Below, in pieces: positions 26,925 through 40,589 of a stretch of DNA of 64,000 nt (its first letter is position 1; every line of letters begins with the position of its first letter). The notes beneath the pieces were generated by a model. That model was not told the DNA's origin. It was given only the letters and a program-made list of their open reading frames with translations, and searched no databases. The position numbers were made by a program, and so were the translations under genes. Origin of the DNA: Leptogorgia sarmentosa (Eukaryota); the NCBI GenBank assembly GCA_964658305.1, contig OZ210884.1, positions 3,534,001 to 3,598,000 on the forward strand, given 5' to 3'.

Positions 26925-29900
26925 ACTCCATACGGACATGGATAATATTCCAAGACTTTATTCCTAACTGATGTATTGAAAGTGTTAATCAGTCCACCAA
27001 CAGCAAAATGTCACTCAGGTAGTTAGTCTGGAAATAAAAATTCAGAAATAAACCTTTTATTAGCTATCTAAATCCATGCGCAATCTCGTACCCTGAGCAT
27101 TCGAACCTCGGGTAAGCATCGAAGGCTCTGGGATAATCCATGAATTTGCGCGATTCTGATTGGCTGTTGAGACGTTATTTTGCAATGATGAACAACAATG
27201 GCGGCCGAAATAGGAGTGTGATGAGAAGTTTTGACACTTGCAATCAAATACCATACAATATACGGTCCACAAAATTCGTACAAAAACGCACAGACCCATG
27301 CACCTGTCTTATTGAAATTTGTACCAAGGAAAAACGACCAAGAGTGCAGACAGTCGTATACGAATTAATATTAATTGTAACATTGAAGCGGTTTTTGTTA
27401 ACGTTTATGGGGTGAATTATTCTAAAAGTGTGGGGCGGGGGGGGGGCACCGTGCCTCAGTGCCCCCCCCTGTTCCGCGGCCCTTGATTTGGTATGCAAAT
27501 AAATGTAGATCTTTGTATTAAATTCAAGTTTACATTAGTCCTAATCACATACGGATGACAAATGGTTCTGAATATTAAAAAAAATGCCAATAAAACCAAT
27601 AAAAAAGCTGATATTTTGACTGTTTTCAAAAAATACAGAGATATCAATTTCCGTTCGTGTTGCCATGACAACAACCTTTGAAGCACAGCTTTGAAGTACT
27701 TCATGTTCCAAACATATAGTTGCATCAATTGGTTAGTTAGGCGAGGGGTTACTGCATATATTATGTATTTCTAGTTCTAAATAGGAGCCTGGTGACCCCT
27801 AAACTTCAAATTTCCCGCCTCATATAGCATTCCAGTTATATCGAGTTCAATGGCAGAGACGTAATAAAAATTGTATTTCTGGCACATGATTCGTCATTTG
27901 TCGTCACGTGCTTCGTTTTGCATAATTTGATACACGTGGGCACTGCGCAGCCTCAGGCACTCACACTTGTGACAGCGAGGGAAGCGCGATGGTTTATACT
28001 TTATAGCAAGAAATAAAGTTGAGAATGAATCCCTGTCAATCCTTCGTTTGACAAAGCTCTTTGTCATTTCTTCAACAATATTCGGAAGCAAGCGCAAGAA
28101 AGGAAGCGTTCTTCAAAGAAAAAGAAAGAAAAGAATGCCGCATGAATTAAATATCGGATTACCAACTAGACAAACACTTGAATAGTTAATCCGACATGTG
28201 GGCAGCGGCCACATGTTGAACGCTTCAAGAACGATGATCTTTGATCAGTTATGGGGATAAATCGTTGCCTGAATGTAAAATTTGGCATGGTAAGATATTA
28301 TTTCTATGCTGCTTGATTTTGTTTTGTGTTTGCTTGTCAGAACACGGCTCTCAAAACGGCTGATAATTTCGCTTGGCATAGTGTTGTGTGTCGAACATAT
28401 GCGACGCGTTTAGTATCCATAGCGCTGTATTTAACAACGTACTGGTTAAAAGTTAATCAAGACCTCCTTTAACTTAAGATTGCTTGCCAAATGTCTTCCT
28501 TGTGAATTTCAATCGTTTGTCTGTTAAAATATTGGGTATTACATTTTATTTTATTAGAATAGTGCACTTATCATTACATGTAATCCAGGGGGGGGGGGGT
28601 TGCTAGTAGTAAAATTATGGTCAAATTTGGGTTGAGTTGAGTTAATCGAATGCATCAAAATGACCCAGTGTGAACAACAAACCCCTGTGGCAAAGTGTAA
28701 CATCCTCATTGGCCTATTTGGCAATCTCTTGCAGCAGGCCTAATTTTTACATCAATAAGACTTGTATACCATATGGCATACCATATACCTGAAAAACAAA
28801 TTACCTATACAATTACAAATACAAATTACATATACCTATCCAAATTATTCACAACTAATAATAGCCATTCCCAAAAAGATCCATAAACTCCATCAGTATC
28901 TGGGCGTCTCGCCCAGTCTCTAAAGCCATTTTGCATTCAACTGTGAGGCATTTTATTGTAAACTAAGAATTGTGAAATATGATTACATTTTATTGTAAAC
29001 TTGAAATATGATTTAAAATATCAAATTAGCTGTAAAATTAGTTTAAGAACCATATATGTAGCATGCTCTGATCCATCCCTCTGTCCCTGAAATTTGAAAT
29101 AAACCATTGCTTGATCTACATGTGCAAGTATTCAGCCTAGCCCTCCCTGGACCTGCTGTGGCTTAACTCAAAATTCAAAGCAAATTTTTGCAACATTTTC
29201 TGCATGAACCTTACTATTATATTCTTTCAGAAATCTTGTCTCGATGAATAAGAGTTTTTTTTCAATTAGTGTCTCAAAATACATATATATGCTAAATTCA
29301 GAAATACACAAAATACAAACTTGGGCTAAATTTAACCCTGTGTTAGTAATAACTGTCAGGGCCATATTAATTAACAACTTTTGTCCCTGGAGCTGGGCTT
29401 GGGACTCACTGGGCTATATATCTATATTATTAGGTAGCTAAATAACATTTGCTAGTCTTTCTTGTTGGAACGGAATTCAGTCGGAAAATATTATAATGAA
29501 AACCAGATATTATTTTTTATATTATGAGAGGAGGATCTTGAATGAAGCAGCACTGATTAATGTCTGTTCAATTGTAGGTAATGTCAAGCACTTAATTTGG
29601 TCTTCTTCCTGACATTTTGTGAATAGCAATGCACCCAGAATGAAATCAATAGTTGTTCTCTCTAAAGTGGAACATCCTCATGATATTACTGCAAGTCTGC
29701 AAGACAGTTCTCCCATAGAACAAGGTAAGATATCAAACATCCTGAGAAAGCTCCAATATGCATCACACCACCAGACAAGAATTAATGTTGCAGGGTCCGA
29801 ATTTTCAGCCAGGTTCCCCCTAAAGTTCAGTAATAGTATAAATCTCCCCCCTCCCCCCCTCACAGGCTGAAAGACTGTGCGGTTAAACGATGAAATCCCG

Positions 29901-30359
29901 ATAGAAATTATGGGGGGGACGATGACCACCCATGTGACTACCAATCTTAATCCCTTCTCCGAACATTTTGTTTCAGGATGCTTTAGATTTGGCATAATTC
30001 AGAAAATGCAACATTGTCTCTCTGAATGGCAATAGTGGAATGGCAAGATTGGAATATAGTGCTCAGTTATTTTATTTTCCTCCAATATGTTGGATTAAAA
30101 ACTTAATTTGGAGGCGCAAGGTAAAATTTGGGGACCCTTGATCCTCTATCTTGAGTATCTTCTACCTTGTAGTAAAATGTTAGGGTGGTCTGTTGCTCCC
30201 CCCCCCCCCCCCCACTTACACTTCAATTTCTTAACCATAGCATGGTGTCTCCAAATGTGAGCGTTCAAACAATTTTAACCGTTCATTCTGACTAACGTTC
30301 TCAATTTTCTGCTGTTTTCAATATATCCTATTTTTTTAATTCCAGCGTCATGTAACATA

Positions 30360-31140
30360 CTTCCGTCCAAACCAGAAAATTCGGCAGCATTCCAGGAAAC
30401 GATGCAAATCGCAACACGAAGTTGTGCGAGGTACCAGATTCATTTTGCTTCTCTTTTGATAGTTCACACGGCAATGTTCTGAACATCGTGTCCGTTTATC
30501 CAATTTTCCTCTTGTCGCTTTCTCTTGCATCTCGCTGTATTGTTTTGTGTTGTGTTGTAAAGTTAGTGTTGTTTTATTTCACATTAGTCATTTTATCATA
30601 CTATGACATTGCTGGTTTCAACTTGCATAATGCATTCGCGCATTTTTTAATTGAAATTTCGGTTTACTTTTACCTGTTTCTTTATTTCATTATTTTGTAA
30701 TGTTTTAAAATGCCCATATTCAAAAAAGATATAAAAAATACCGCGCGGCTAGAGCCTCGTGGAATCTCTTTATACTTTGGTCTATCGATATATGAAAGTA
30801 TTTTCTGCAACTCCAGTTGAATTTGAAATTTTTCCGATATTCGAAAGTTTTCAGTTTATTTATTTACCCTGAAAAACAGCAGTCAAAATAAGCTTTTATA
30901 GAATGATGTGATATTATTCATAATGTATTTGTAATGAGCTAGTTTTGAGGCGCAGGAAAACTTATCTTAAATTTAATTAGCTATAGCTGGCTGATATGCG
31001 GACCTCACAGTATTACAGTATTTTACAGACGTAAAAGAGTGCGTAACTGATCATGTATTATCGTATGTGAGAACAAAGTTAAGTAATAATTTTTATAATA
31101 ATCACATTGAGGATGTAGTAAATATTTAAAAGACAGCAAG
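30360..31140 (+). repeat. Left arm A' of cassette 2
   Basis: TTGTGCGAGGTACCAGATT..TTTTGCTTCTCTTTTGATAGTTCACACGGCAATG..ATCGTGTCCG matches 7109-7190 closely; inner landmarks are colinear. Confidence 0.78.
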
Positions 31141-31672
31141 GTAATAAGCAACTCGAGTTGGGAATGCCATGCATGACCGAAACAACGTGTTTTTTTTCAC
31201 TTGTCAATCAAATCATAAAATGACAGCTCTCGAAATATATAGCTCCTTTCTTCGGGCGCGCTATGAAAATAACAGTTTTACCACTTTATATTTTATACCA
31301 ATTCAGTACTCGCTTTGACGCATGTTTTTGATTGATGGTAAATTTACTATTGGCGTGGCAGAAAACCCGGATAAGCGGATAGTAGGGAATGGATACGAGA
31401 TTTATAAAAAAATCTATTGTGATACTAATTACCAAATCCCATTATCGTTGATTTAAAAATCACGGTCTCTTCTCGCGTCTCCTTCACGCTTTTTTGGAAA
31501 ACTAATATGCAGGTTAAAAACATACAGTAGCTAACACTATTTTTAAAATGGTTTATCACCTAGAAAGTACAATTACAAGAACAACTTCCAAAAATAGTTC
31601 TCCTGCAATGTGCTTATTCAATTTGGTGGTCTTCTCCCCCAACATAATTGGAAAAGCTGCCAAAATACACCG

Positions 31673-31765
31673 AATAACCTAGGCTATACGTTTTCCAATG
31701 TCATTAATAAATATATACATCTAAATAACCTATAGGCTATACGTTTTCCAATGTCATTAATAAAT
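31673..31765. repeat. ~50-bp tandem repeat (2 units); 3 more units at 33568-33697
   Basis: Unit AATAACCTAGGCTATACGTTTTCCAATGTCATTAATAAATATATACATCTA. Confidence 0.85.
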
Positions 31766-32059
31766 AAGGGAATCGGGGTTGGCGCATGTTAAAAGATTGC
31801 AAAAATTGCTATATATGTAGATTGTTTTAAAACGTTATCATACCAAATTGTTTCTTGTTGCCATACAGGCCAACGCGCAATGCCATTGTGGTTGAATACT
31901 TGAGAGTTTTAAGAGTGTCTGCTAATAGATGCTTGCTGTAGCAAAAGGGCCGAATGTGACATGCGCACGTGTGTATAAATTGCGTGTTACGGGGCGTCTT
32001 GGGCATGTTTGTTGTCGTGTGGTTATAATTGGGGTCTCAGGGGGTGAAGGTTGTGTAGC

Positions 32060-32940
32060 TAGGATAATTGCCTGTTGGTTTAATCGTAGTTCATTCATGA
32101 TGTTCACTGCTGCTTTGTTACGAACATTAAAATGACCAACATCATCATCCAAAATTGAGCACCTCGGCTGCAACCAAAAATTGTTTTCGGCAACCGGTTC
32201 CAAATCATCCCGTTCAATGACTCATTTTGGTTCTGGGTTTTCCCATCCAAGCACTTTGCCAAAATATCATCATTACTAAGCCTGTCATAAATCGGCCTAA
32301 TTAACTTAATAATATCATCAGGACGACCAGGTCCTGGTTCATATAGATTCATATTATTGGCCACATCCTGCTTGCATAGTGAAAGAAGTGGCAAGTGCTG
32401 AGGATTTCATGGCAGATAAATCTCCAGAATTACTTCTTATGGCAATTCCATAATAGTTCTGAGGTTTGTCTATCAAAGAGTCAGTGAGTTTCCCCTTCCC
32501 AATCCAATCCCCTTCCCTCCAATCTTTTTTCCGCTTCCTCAATGCTGTGTCTGAACTCCATGAACTCCTTCGTATAGCTGTTCACTACCTCATTGTAGGT
32601 CTTGCTGTCACCATCGCCAAAGTACTCGGTGTATTGCAGCTTGCGACATTCCTCGCTTCTTCCAAAGATTCTCTTGATCCCAGCAGTTTCCATTGATGGT
32701 GCAGAACCAACGTAGTTCACTTTATACTTAATTGCCAGTGTGCTTTTCCAAAGGGTCTGCTTTCTTTGCATCATCAGACTCCCTTTAATTGCTTTGCACC
32801 CATGACAAACTTTTGTTAGGACCTCGATGTCCAAGCATTTGCCAGTTTCAATAGATAAGGTTGTGGCACAGCCATTTAGCGAGGAGTGACCACGTCTTTG
32901 CCATGTTCCATCGCACGAGACACCACACTTTACAATCTGG
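32060..32940 (-). mobile_element. Degenerate Kolobok-type (Pfam 'Mutator-like') DDE transposase fragment
   Basis: SCDGTWQRRGHSSLNG, TGKCLDIEVLTKVC, GSAPSME, YFGDGDSK, GKGKLTD..YYGIAIRSN and CLDGKTQNQNESLNGMIW, spread over several frames. Confidence 0.9.
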
Positions 32941-33289
32941 CTCCAATGACGCATTGACAACAGCAATATCCTTGCTGAAGCGCTTTATCCTGTCAAAATA
33001 TTTGTGTTAATAATAATAATAATAATCTTCAACAACATGCAATTCAATAGTTGCATCTTGCATGAATGTCAATAGCACAATAAAACTGATTGATATGATC
33101 GTATAGAATATGGATGAGACGTATTGTTTTGTTCACGGTGAAAAACAAATGACACATGTTTAAACAAGGAACAGTTTATTAACGTACATATATACAAAAG
33201 TATTCTAAAGTCATTGATGAAACTGCTTTCCAAATAGTAATTTGCTGGATGGCTTGCTTGCTTGTTTGCTTGCTTTCGACGGGTCTCAG

Positions 33290-33430
33290 GAGATTGACAT
33301 CGTAGTACGGTTCTTCGGGTAACCATTCAAAGTATTTGCACGAATTTTCCTTATCCAGAGGACAGCAGAAAAACTTTCGATCTTTGTTTAAACCGTCTTT
33401 TTTCACTTTACACACTTTGCAAGTAAGTCC
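33290..33430 (-). pseudogene. GRF-type zinc finger fragment
   Basis: CKVKKDGLNKDRKFFCCPLDKENSCKYFEWL fits the zf-GRF pattern (N.GR.F..C......C.FF.W). Confidence 0.8.
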
Positions 33431-33713
33431 ATGACGCCATTCGGGTTTCTTTTCGAATTCCACGTCACCCCACTGCATGCCAATGAGTTTGAGAACGATA
33501 AGAAGAGATGACAACGCATTGTTGTGAAAGATTATATATTGGGCATTCGGCGTTGACCATTATATCTAATAACCTAGGCTATACGTTTTGCAATGTCATT
33601 GATAAATATATACATCTATAAATAACCTAGGCTATACGTTTCCAATGTCATTAATAAATATATACATCTAAATAACCTAGGCTATACGTTTTCCAAATAT
33701 TAATTTTGTATTC

Positions 33714-34060
33714 GGTTCAATGACTCATTTTGGTTCTGGGTTTTCCCATCCAAGCACTTTGTCAAAAGATCATCATTACTAAGTCTGTAATAAATGGGCC
33801 TAATTAACTTAATAATATCATCAGGACGACCAGGTCCTGGTTCATATAGATTCGTATTATTTGCCACATCTTGCTTGTATCGACACCAGCTCTCAGGAGC
33901 ATCTGGACAATAGGTGTGCGAGTTCCGTCTCTTGGAAGAAACACATCCCCTTGTTATCTTTTTTCATCTTCCTCGGTGCTCTGCCGACTCGTTTTTGAAT
34001 ATGACCAACACATTCTTTTTTCTCCACATGAACTCCTACGTATTAGCTGTTCTGTACCTC
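33714..34060 (-). mobile_element. Additional Kolobok-type transposase fragments
   Basis: 33714-33878 duplicates 32210-32374. Also encodes HTYCPDAPESWCRY and KKECVGHIQKRVG, motifs missing from the 32-kb copy. The ECVGH segment recurs at ~36600-36722. Confidence 0.85.
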
Positions 34061-35120
34061 GCCAAAATATGTATGTTACATACCTTCAAAGACAATTCTT
34101 CCTCTTCAAGAACTCAATAACAAATGTGATTAGCCTTTTAGACTTTAGTGTGAAGCGTCGGTAAATAGCATATAGCAATAGCAATAGACGTTAATTTCTA
34201 TTTTCTGAATACTCAAAATATTAAATTTCGCTGAAGACGCTTCGTGGAGCATGATTTCCAATTCCCTCAAAAGAGTTTATACTAAATTTTCTGGACCTTG
34301 CAGTACCAAAAACAAACAGTACCTGATGAACAAAATATTGAAATTGAAGAACATGTTACTGAAGTACTATTTACTATAAAGAACAAATAATGTCAAATAA
34401 AAAATAATTGAAGGTTTGAATAATAATCATAAAGGAAGTGCTTTACGCCAAATCGTTTCTTTATAAGTAGTAGTTTTTAATTACAGATGCCCTCGGGGTC
34501 ATTTATACACTAAGTAAATACCATTAGTCAACCTTGAATGAAGGAACATGATATTTGTTAAAGCATGAGTCATGATGGTGCAGTTTAAAAGATGCTTGTA
34601 CTCCGCACTGGATACACTGAAATTGAAGTCGTTGCCACTAAAAAAGAGCAAGGATTCCAAGAAAATTTTTCATCAAATAATCTACATGTTTTGTTTACTG
34701 GTTTTTTTTCTTATAACGCACATTGGGGGCTGTGGAAACTAAACTTCCCAGCGTTACAAAATCGTTGTTTCACATTTCGTTCAAATTTAAAAAAAAAAAG
34801 TTGGTCCTACATGTGTAGCCGAACGCTATTTAGTCCATATATACTACAAATTATGTGATGTTTGTAAACCTTGGTCACATTCCTTATGACTTGTCCAAAG
34901 AGATGATCACCAGGATTAGTTAGGCAGCCAATGGGGACCCCCATTATCGGTCTCCAAGTACTTTGAGTGGGTGCCCGATGTGCCTTATCTAGTTGTTAGT
35001 TTTGTGAAACCCGTTTCAAGTATATCATAAACAATTTTCCAATTAGTTGGAACATATGAACATTTTATTTGAACAGTTTTAATTTAAACACTTTTATAAG
35101 TATTATTTTAAAAATTCTTA

Positions 35121-36349
35121 TTAAAAATCATTAAAGTCTAAATGGTCTAAAAAATAAAAATTGTTCCAGTCCAATGAGGCCATGAGTTCATCCACGTCAG
35201 GTACCGGGGATGGGACTTCTTCAAGGGGGTTTACTGGGGGTTCTTGGAGGACTTCATCGAGCGCTGCTTCTTGGGCTTGATTCAGATCGGCGTCCTCTTC
35301 GACATATTGATCCTCGAACCTTTGTAATAAACGAGGGTCTTCTAAATGGTCTAAAAAATAGAAACCGTTCCAGTCCAAGGAGGCCATGAGTTTACCCACA
35401 TCGGGTACCGGGGATGGGACTTCTTCACGGGGGTTTATTGAGGGTTCTTGGAGGACTTCATCGAGCGCTGCTTCTTGGGCTTGATTCAGATCGGCGTCCT
35501 CTTCGACATATTGATCCTCGAACCTTTGTAATAAATGAGGGTCTTCTAAATGGTCTAAAAAATACAAATTGTTCCAGTCCAAGGAGTCCAAGGAGGCCAT
35601 GAGTTCACCCACGTCGGGTACCGGGGATGGGACTTCTTCACGGGGGTTTTTTGAGGGTTCTTGGAGGACTTCATCGAGCGCTGCTTCTTGGGCTTGATTC
35701 AGATCGGCGTCTTCTTCGACATATTGATCCTCGAACCTTTGTAATAAATGAGGGTCTTCTAAATGGTCTAAAAAATACAAATTGTTCCAGTCCAAGGAGG
35801 CCATGAGTTCACCCACGTCGGGTACCGGGGATGGGACTTCTTCACGGGGGTTTACTGGGGGTTCTTGGAGGACTTCATCGAGCGCTGCTTCTTGGGCTTG
35901 ATTCAGACGGCGTCCTCTTCGACATATTGATCCTCGAACCTTTGTAATAAATGAGGGTCTTCTAAATGGTCTAAAAAATAGAAACCGTTCCAGTCCAAGG
36001 AGGCCATGAGTTCACCCACGTCGGGTACCGGGGATGGGACTTCTTCACGGGGGTTTATTGAGGGTTCTTGGAGGACTTCATCGAGCGCTGCTTCTTGGGC
36101 TTGATTCAGATCGGCGTCCTCTTCGACATATTGATCCTCGAACCTTTGTAATAAATGAGGGTCTTCTAAATGGTCTAAAAAATACAAATTGTTCCAGTCC
36201 AAGGAGGCCATGAGTTCACCCACGTCGGGTACCGGGGATGGGACTTCTTCACGGGGGTTTACTGGGGGTTCTTGGAGGACTTCATCGAGCGCTGCTTCTT
36301 GAGCTTGATCCAGATCGTCGTCCTCTTCGACATATTGGTCATTGAACAT
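35121..36349 (-). pseudogene. Acidic protein built of six 204-bp (68-aa) tandem repeats; single 1-bp frameshift at ~35908
   Basis: Repeat spacings of 204, 213, 204, 203 and 204 nt. ATG at 36349, stop at 35121. Unit QYVEEDADLNQAQEAALDEVLQEP..REEVPSPVPDVGELMASLDWN..YFLDHLEDPHLLQRFED. Confidence 0.8.
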
Positions 36350-36949
36350 TTTATTTGAACATTTTATTTGAACATTTTATTTTAAACATTTTATTTTAAC
36401 ATATAAAAAGAAACTGTTAGTTATAAAGATTGCTATCAAAATTGGTTAAAATAGTCTTCAGGTGAAAAATTAAAATCATTGAGAAAATTGAAATCGTCCC
36501 CTCCAAGGACGCCATAAGATCCGCTAAGCACAAGCGACATTTACGAATCATTTAATCGAATTAATATAATTTTTCAAAATCTATGCTACCTAATTTGTAA
36601 CCCTAACCCTTTCCTTCCAATCCCCTTGTTATCTTTTTTTTCAGCTTCCTCAGTGCTGTGCCGACTCGCTTTTGAACATGACCAACACATTCTTTTTTCT
36701 CCACATGAACTCCTTCGTAGCTATTAAGAAAATATTCTTAAAATAAGATAAATTTTTCTTAAATAGATTTTTTTATTAAGGAATATTTCTTGTTATTCTT
36801 TCCAAGAAAAACAAGTTTTTTTTTCTTAAAATACACTACCGTAGTAAGAAAATGATTTTCAAGAAATTCTTCTTGAAACAAGAAATTTTAATAAATTCTA
36901 AGACGCATGTATTACAATAATGTTCATATATTCTACGGCTTCTGTGTTA

Positions 36950-37657
36950 AAGTTTTTGTACGACGGAAGCTGCGAAATACTGCAGGACGTTCATTCCGAG
37001 TTCATAGTATTTTGGATAATCAAAATCTAGCAAATAAAACGTTGCCATGAATGCCACAACAGTTTCTGGCAACAGGCTTATCTCTAGCTTCAACAAAATG
37101 CGTTTTCCTACTATCACATAACAGGAATTTCTGTCCAACATCACCGTCGGAACATTCCCGGCTTGCTTGCCACACAACATGTCAGGATCCTCATGGTCCT
37201 TTACGAAACAAATAAATTGAATGAATACACGCAGTTTGAAATTATATCATCAAACATACTTCATACTTGTGCATTACTGTACCTTAACTTTATGTATAAT
37301 TTCCTGATTGGTCTGTTCCTTTGCGTTGTGTTTCCCGGAGAATAAAGTTGGCAGGAACTTAAGAACATGGAGGATCTTGGCATTTGCAAACAGAGATTGA
37401 AGTATAATAAATCATGCACTTACAATTACTAACACATAACTGTTATACTCCCTAAAATGAAAGCACAGTGGTTTCGATTCATGAAGGAACTTACTGAGTT
37501 GTGGGCTTTTTGGAGGATTTATTCCTTTTGAGTTAATGGGCTGGCATAGTATTATTAGTATATAAGAAATTCAATTTCTTCAGTGAGCCTGGAAACACAT
37601 CCTTTTAGAAAATCTTCTTCTTGTTCAATCATTAAGACTCACCTAGCCTCAATAACC
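36950..37657 (-). pseudogene. Spliced fragment of a DNA-transposon accessory ORF (EnSpm/CACTA-associated type), decayed
   Basis: Exon ...KILHVLKFLPTLFSGK...IHKVK|GT intron AG|DHEDPDML..., ending AFMATFYLLDFDYPKYY...LQ, which resembles the F..YY.F.L.YP motif of such ORFs. Confidence 0.5.
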
Positions 37658-38184
37658 TGTTAAATAGAAGAGATATACATGTGTGTGTATAATTATTAAG
37701 ACAGCATCATCCAGGTCTTTAATGTACAACTAACTAACTGTAATATGAAATTATGGTCAAAATTGAAATGGTCTTGAAGGACACGTTGCCCAAGGAAACC
37801 TTCTACGACCTTGACCTTACTAACAACTCAATGGAATATAAAGGAATAAATAATACAATTACAAAATATGGTAGTAACATTGCAACATATGAGAGCATGA
37901 TTATTAAAAATAATGTGTATGTTCCACATTGACACTGTCATAAATTACCATTGAGACATAGGACATTGATTAAAAGTATAATTCATTAAAAGTATAATTC
38001 ATTAAAAGTATAATTCATTAACAGTATAATTCATTAACATAAAATTTAGTAGTGGATGGCATTTTTAAAGGGAAAACTCAACCTTTTTTCAGTGCAGAAA
38101 TCGTTAATATTAATTGATTATTATACAAATAATGAATGTTTATGAGTGCAATGGTAAGAATATTTTCATGGAACATTCCATCTT

Positions 38185-38465
38185 TCACCGAATGCGTGAC
38201 TCCGTAACTTTCTTCAAATTTCTGCCATTACACGCCCGTTTTCGTTTTGTTTTGGTGCCTTGACCGGCACATGCGAAAAAGTCGCACTTCTCATTTTTGT
38301 CCGTCTCCTGGCATCGCAAAAACGGCCGGCCCGGGTTTTCTGTAGAATGCGAAACCCAAAAGCTGCAAACTTCATCGCAATCACATAATGGGAAGTTGTT
38401 CGGTTTCAACTTGCTGTGTACCTTCGATTGAAAGACCTCAACCAGCTCGGTATACTTCTCCTCGG
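38185..38465 (-). pseudogene. GRF-type zinc finger fragment
   Basis: PLCDCDEVC...SHSTENPGRPFLRCQETDKNEKCDFF. Confidence 0.85.
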
Positions 38466-39224
38466 CCACAAATAACGTACAAGTTATACATTTTCATTTC
38501 ATGTCGGCACGGCGTGTATGATTTTTTTTTTCGAACTCGTATTGTATTGTATTGTATTGCATTGTGTATTGTGAATACAATATAGTTACACATTACATAA
38601 TATAAAAGTTAATTAAGATACTAATTATATATACATACTATACTAATACTAATACTAATTATATATAACAAGAATACCTGTTTTCCATAAGTGCCGTGCT
38701 AATATATATTAATATAAAAATCTAAAATTATTAACTAATTCTGCCCTACCATGGAAACCAGAGTTGAACTCTTGCAAACATCACACTCAAAAGGTATTTC
38801 TCGTGTGTGGTTTTTTTTCATCCATTGTGTCTACCTACAATGCAGTAGACAGTGGGTCACACTGAAAAAGTAGATTTAATATAAGTAAAAATATATATAG
38901 CATTTGCTTCTCGTAGAAGATGTACGGTTAGGCAACTTATGCATTAGCGACTTATGGATAAGACGCCACCTTAATAAGACGCGATCTAGTTTATAATTTT
39001 GCTCCATATTTACACAACCAGCATTTTGCAATTGACTTTACGAAAATCGAAATAACTTTTGAAGACAGGGTTGGTTTCTTCATTGCCCTAAAATAGTCCT
39101 CTTGTGAGGTGGAAGATTAAAGTACCTTACCACACATTCAAAAGCCCCCAGCTTCTTACATTACTCCTTCTAAACTCAATGTACCTTTTTCTCAAATGTC
39201 TTAATGTTTTTCTTCTACTCTTCA

Positions 39225-39397
39225 CTGTGTGTGGAGGAATCACCGTCACCGAGCATGTTCGTGTATTTAAGGCCCCGTGAAATGTAGGATCTTTCAAATA
39301 TCCGCAAGGCGCCAGCTGCTTCCATGCTGTTCGCGCTTCCTGTATGGTTAATTTTGCACTGGTGGTTAGCTTTCCACTCTAATGTTTCTAACTCCAC
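39225..39397 (-). mobile_element. Kolobok-type transposase fragment from a second family
   Basis: CKINHTGSANSMEAAGALRIFERS...LKYTNMLGDGDSST. Confidence 0.85.
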
Positions 39398-40589
39398 AAG
39401 TTTCGGTATTGGTAAATAATAGTATCATTTTTTTCAAAATTCATAACATGGACAATAAGTAATATTGTGAATGCTTGCGTAGCTGAAACGCTGAATACCG
39501 GCAAATTTTGTGGCGCGAATTTGATCGCGATGGTCTCAACGGTAATCGTTCGAATGTACTTTAAATATTTGTGAAATATAATTTATATTATTATTTGTAC
39601 GCGGAAAATAAACCTAAAATTAAAGCTTTAAAGTTTTACGCTGAGCGTCTGATGTTGAGATGTAATTTTGTCATGCTAATAATATATATCAGTTTTCAAT
39701 ACCTTTTGAATCTTCATTACCATCCGCTGGCAAGTTTTTCTTTTTTTTCACCTAACTCGCTATCTTTCCGGCGAACATTTGGAAATTATGGTTGAAAGTA
39801 TCTTCCATAGATGAAGGCATGCCTTCCACCACAACACGTTCAAATTTAATGAGGACTTGGTAATCGGCTGCTATCTGTATTTTTTCAATTGCTTGTACAC
39901 CACCATGTACCACAATCAGGGCGTATGCGGCCTTTGCGTTGTGAAGGTTTAAGGTGATGTTCGCATGCGCTATCTTCATTTTCCTAAGTAACAAAAAATA
40001 TAAGTTGTATAGTACATACCATTGTGGGCTAGTCATATTTAGACTTCAATTTCATCATGACTGCAAAATGATGTGACACGTATATAATTATATGATAAAA
40101 AATGATTTAAAAGTATATGATGTGACGCGTATATAAGTGTGAAAAAGTACAGGAAGAATTTCACAAAATCTGGCTGGTTGGTTTTATTTGCCTTTTGTGA
40201 CAGCAGGATGGGGCAACTTCTGTCAGCTCATCCGAAAATAAACAATAGTATATGCATATTTAGTGAGGCACCACAAAATACATACTGTAACAGCTCATTA
40301 TATTACACCAATTACTTCCATCTTCGAAGATTTTCTCCAAAATATATTTCGCTGAATTTGAAAGCAATTCAGATAACCAATTCGGGAAAAGAGTTGAAAT
40401 TTTGCCTGGATCATAATGTCTTTCACAATACGGTGGCGAAAAATGTGTCAATTTTTGCTTTTCTTTCGATAATCGTGTCGGTATTTGAACCCATTTTTTC
40501 CCGATCGAAGGTTTCGCATGCATGTGTATGCCGTAAATCCTAAAAATATAATTTCCTTGTTTTGGAGTAAAGGATACATATAGACGCAC

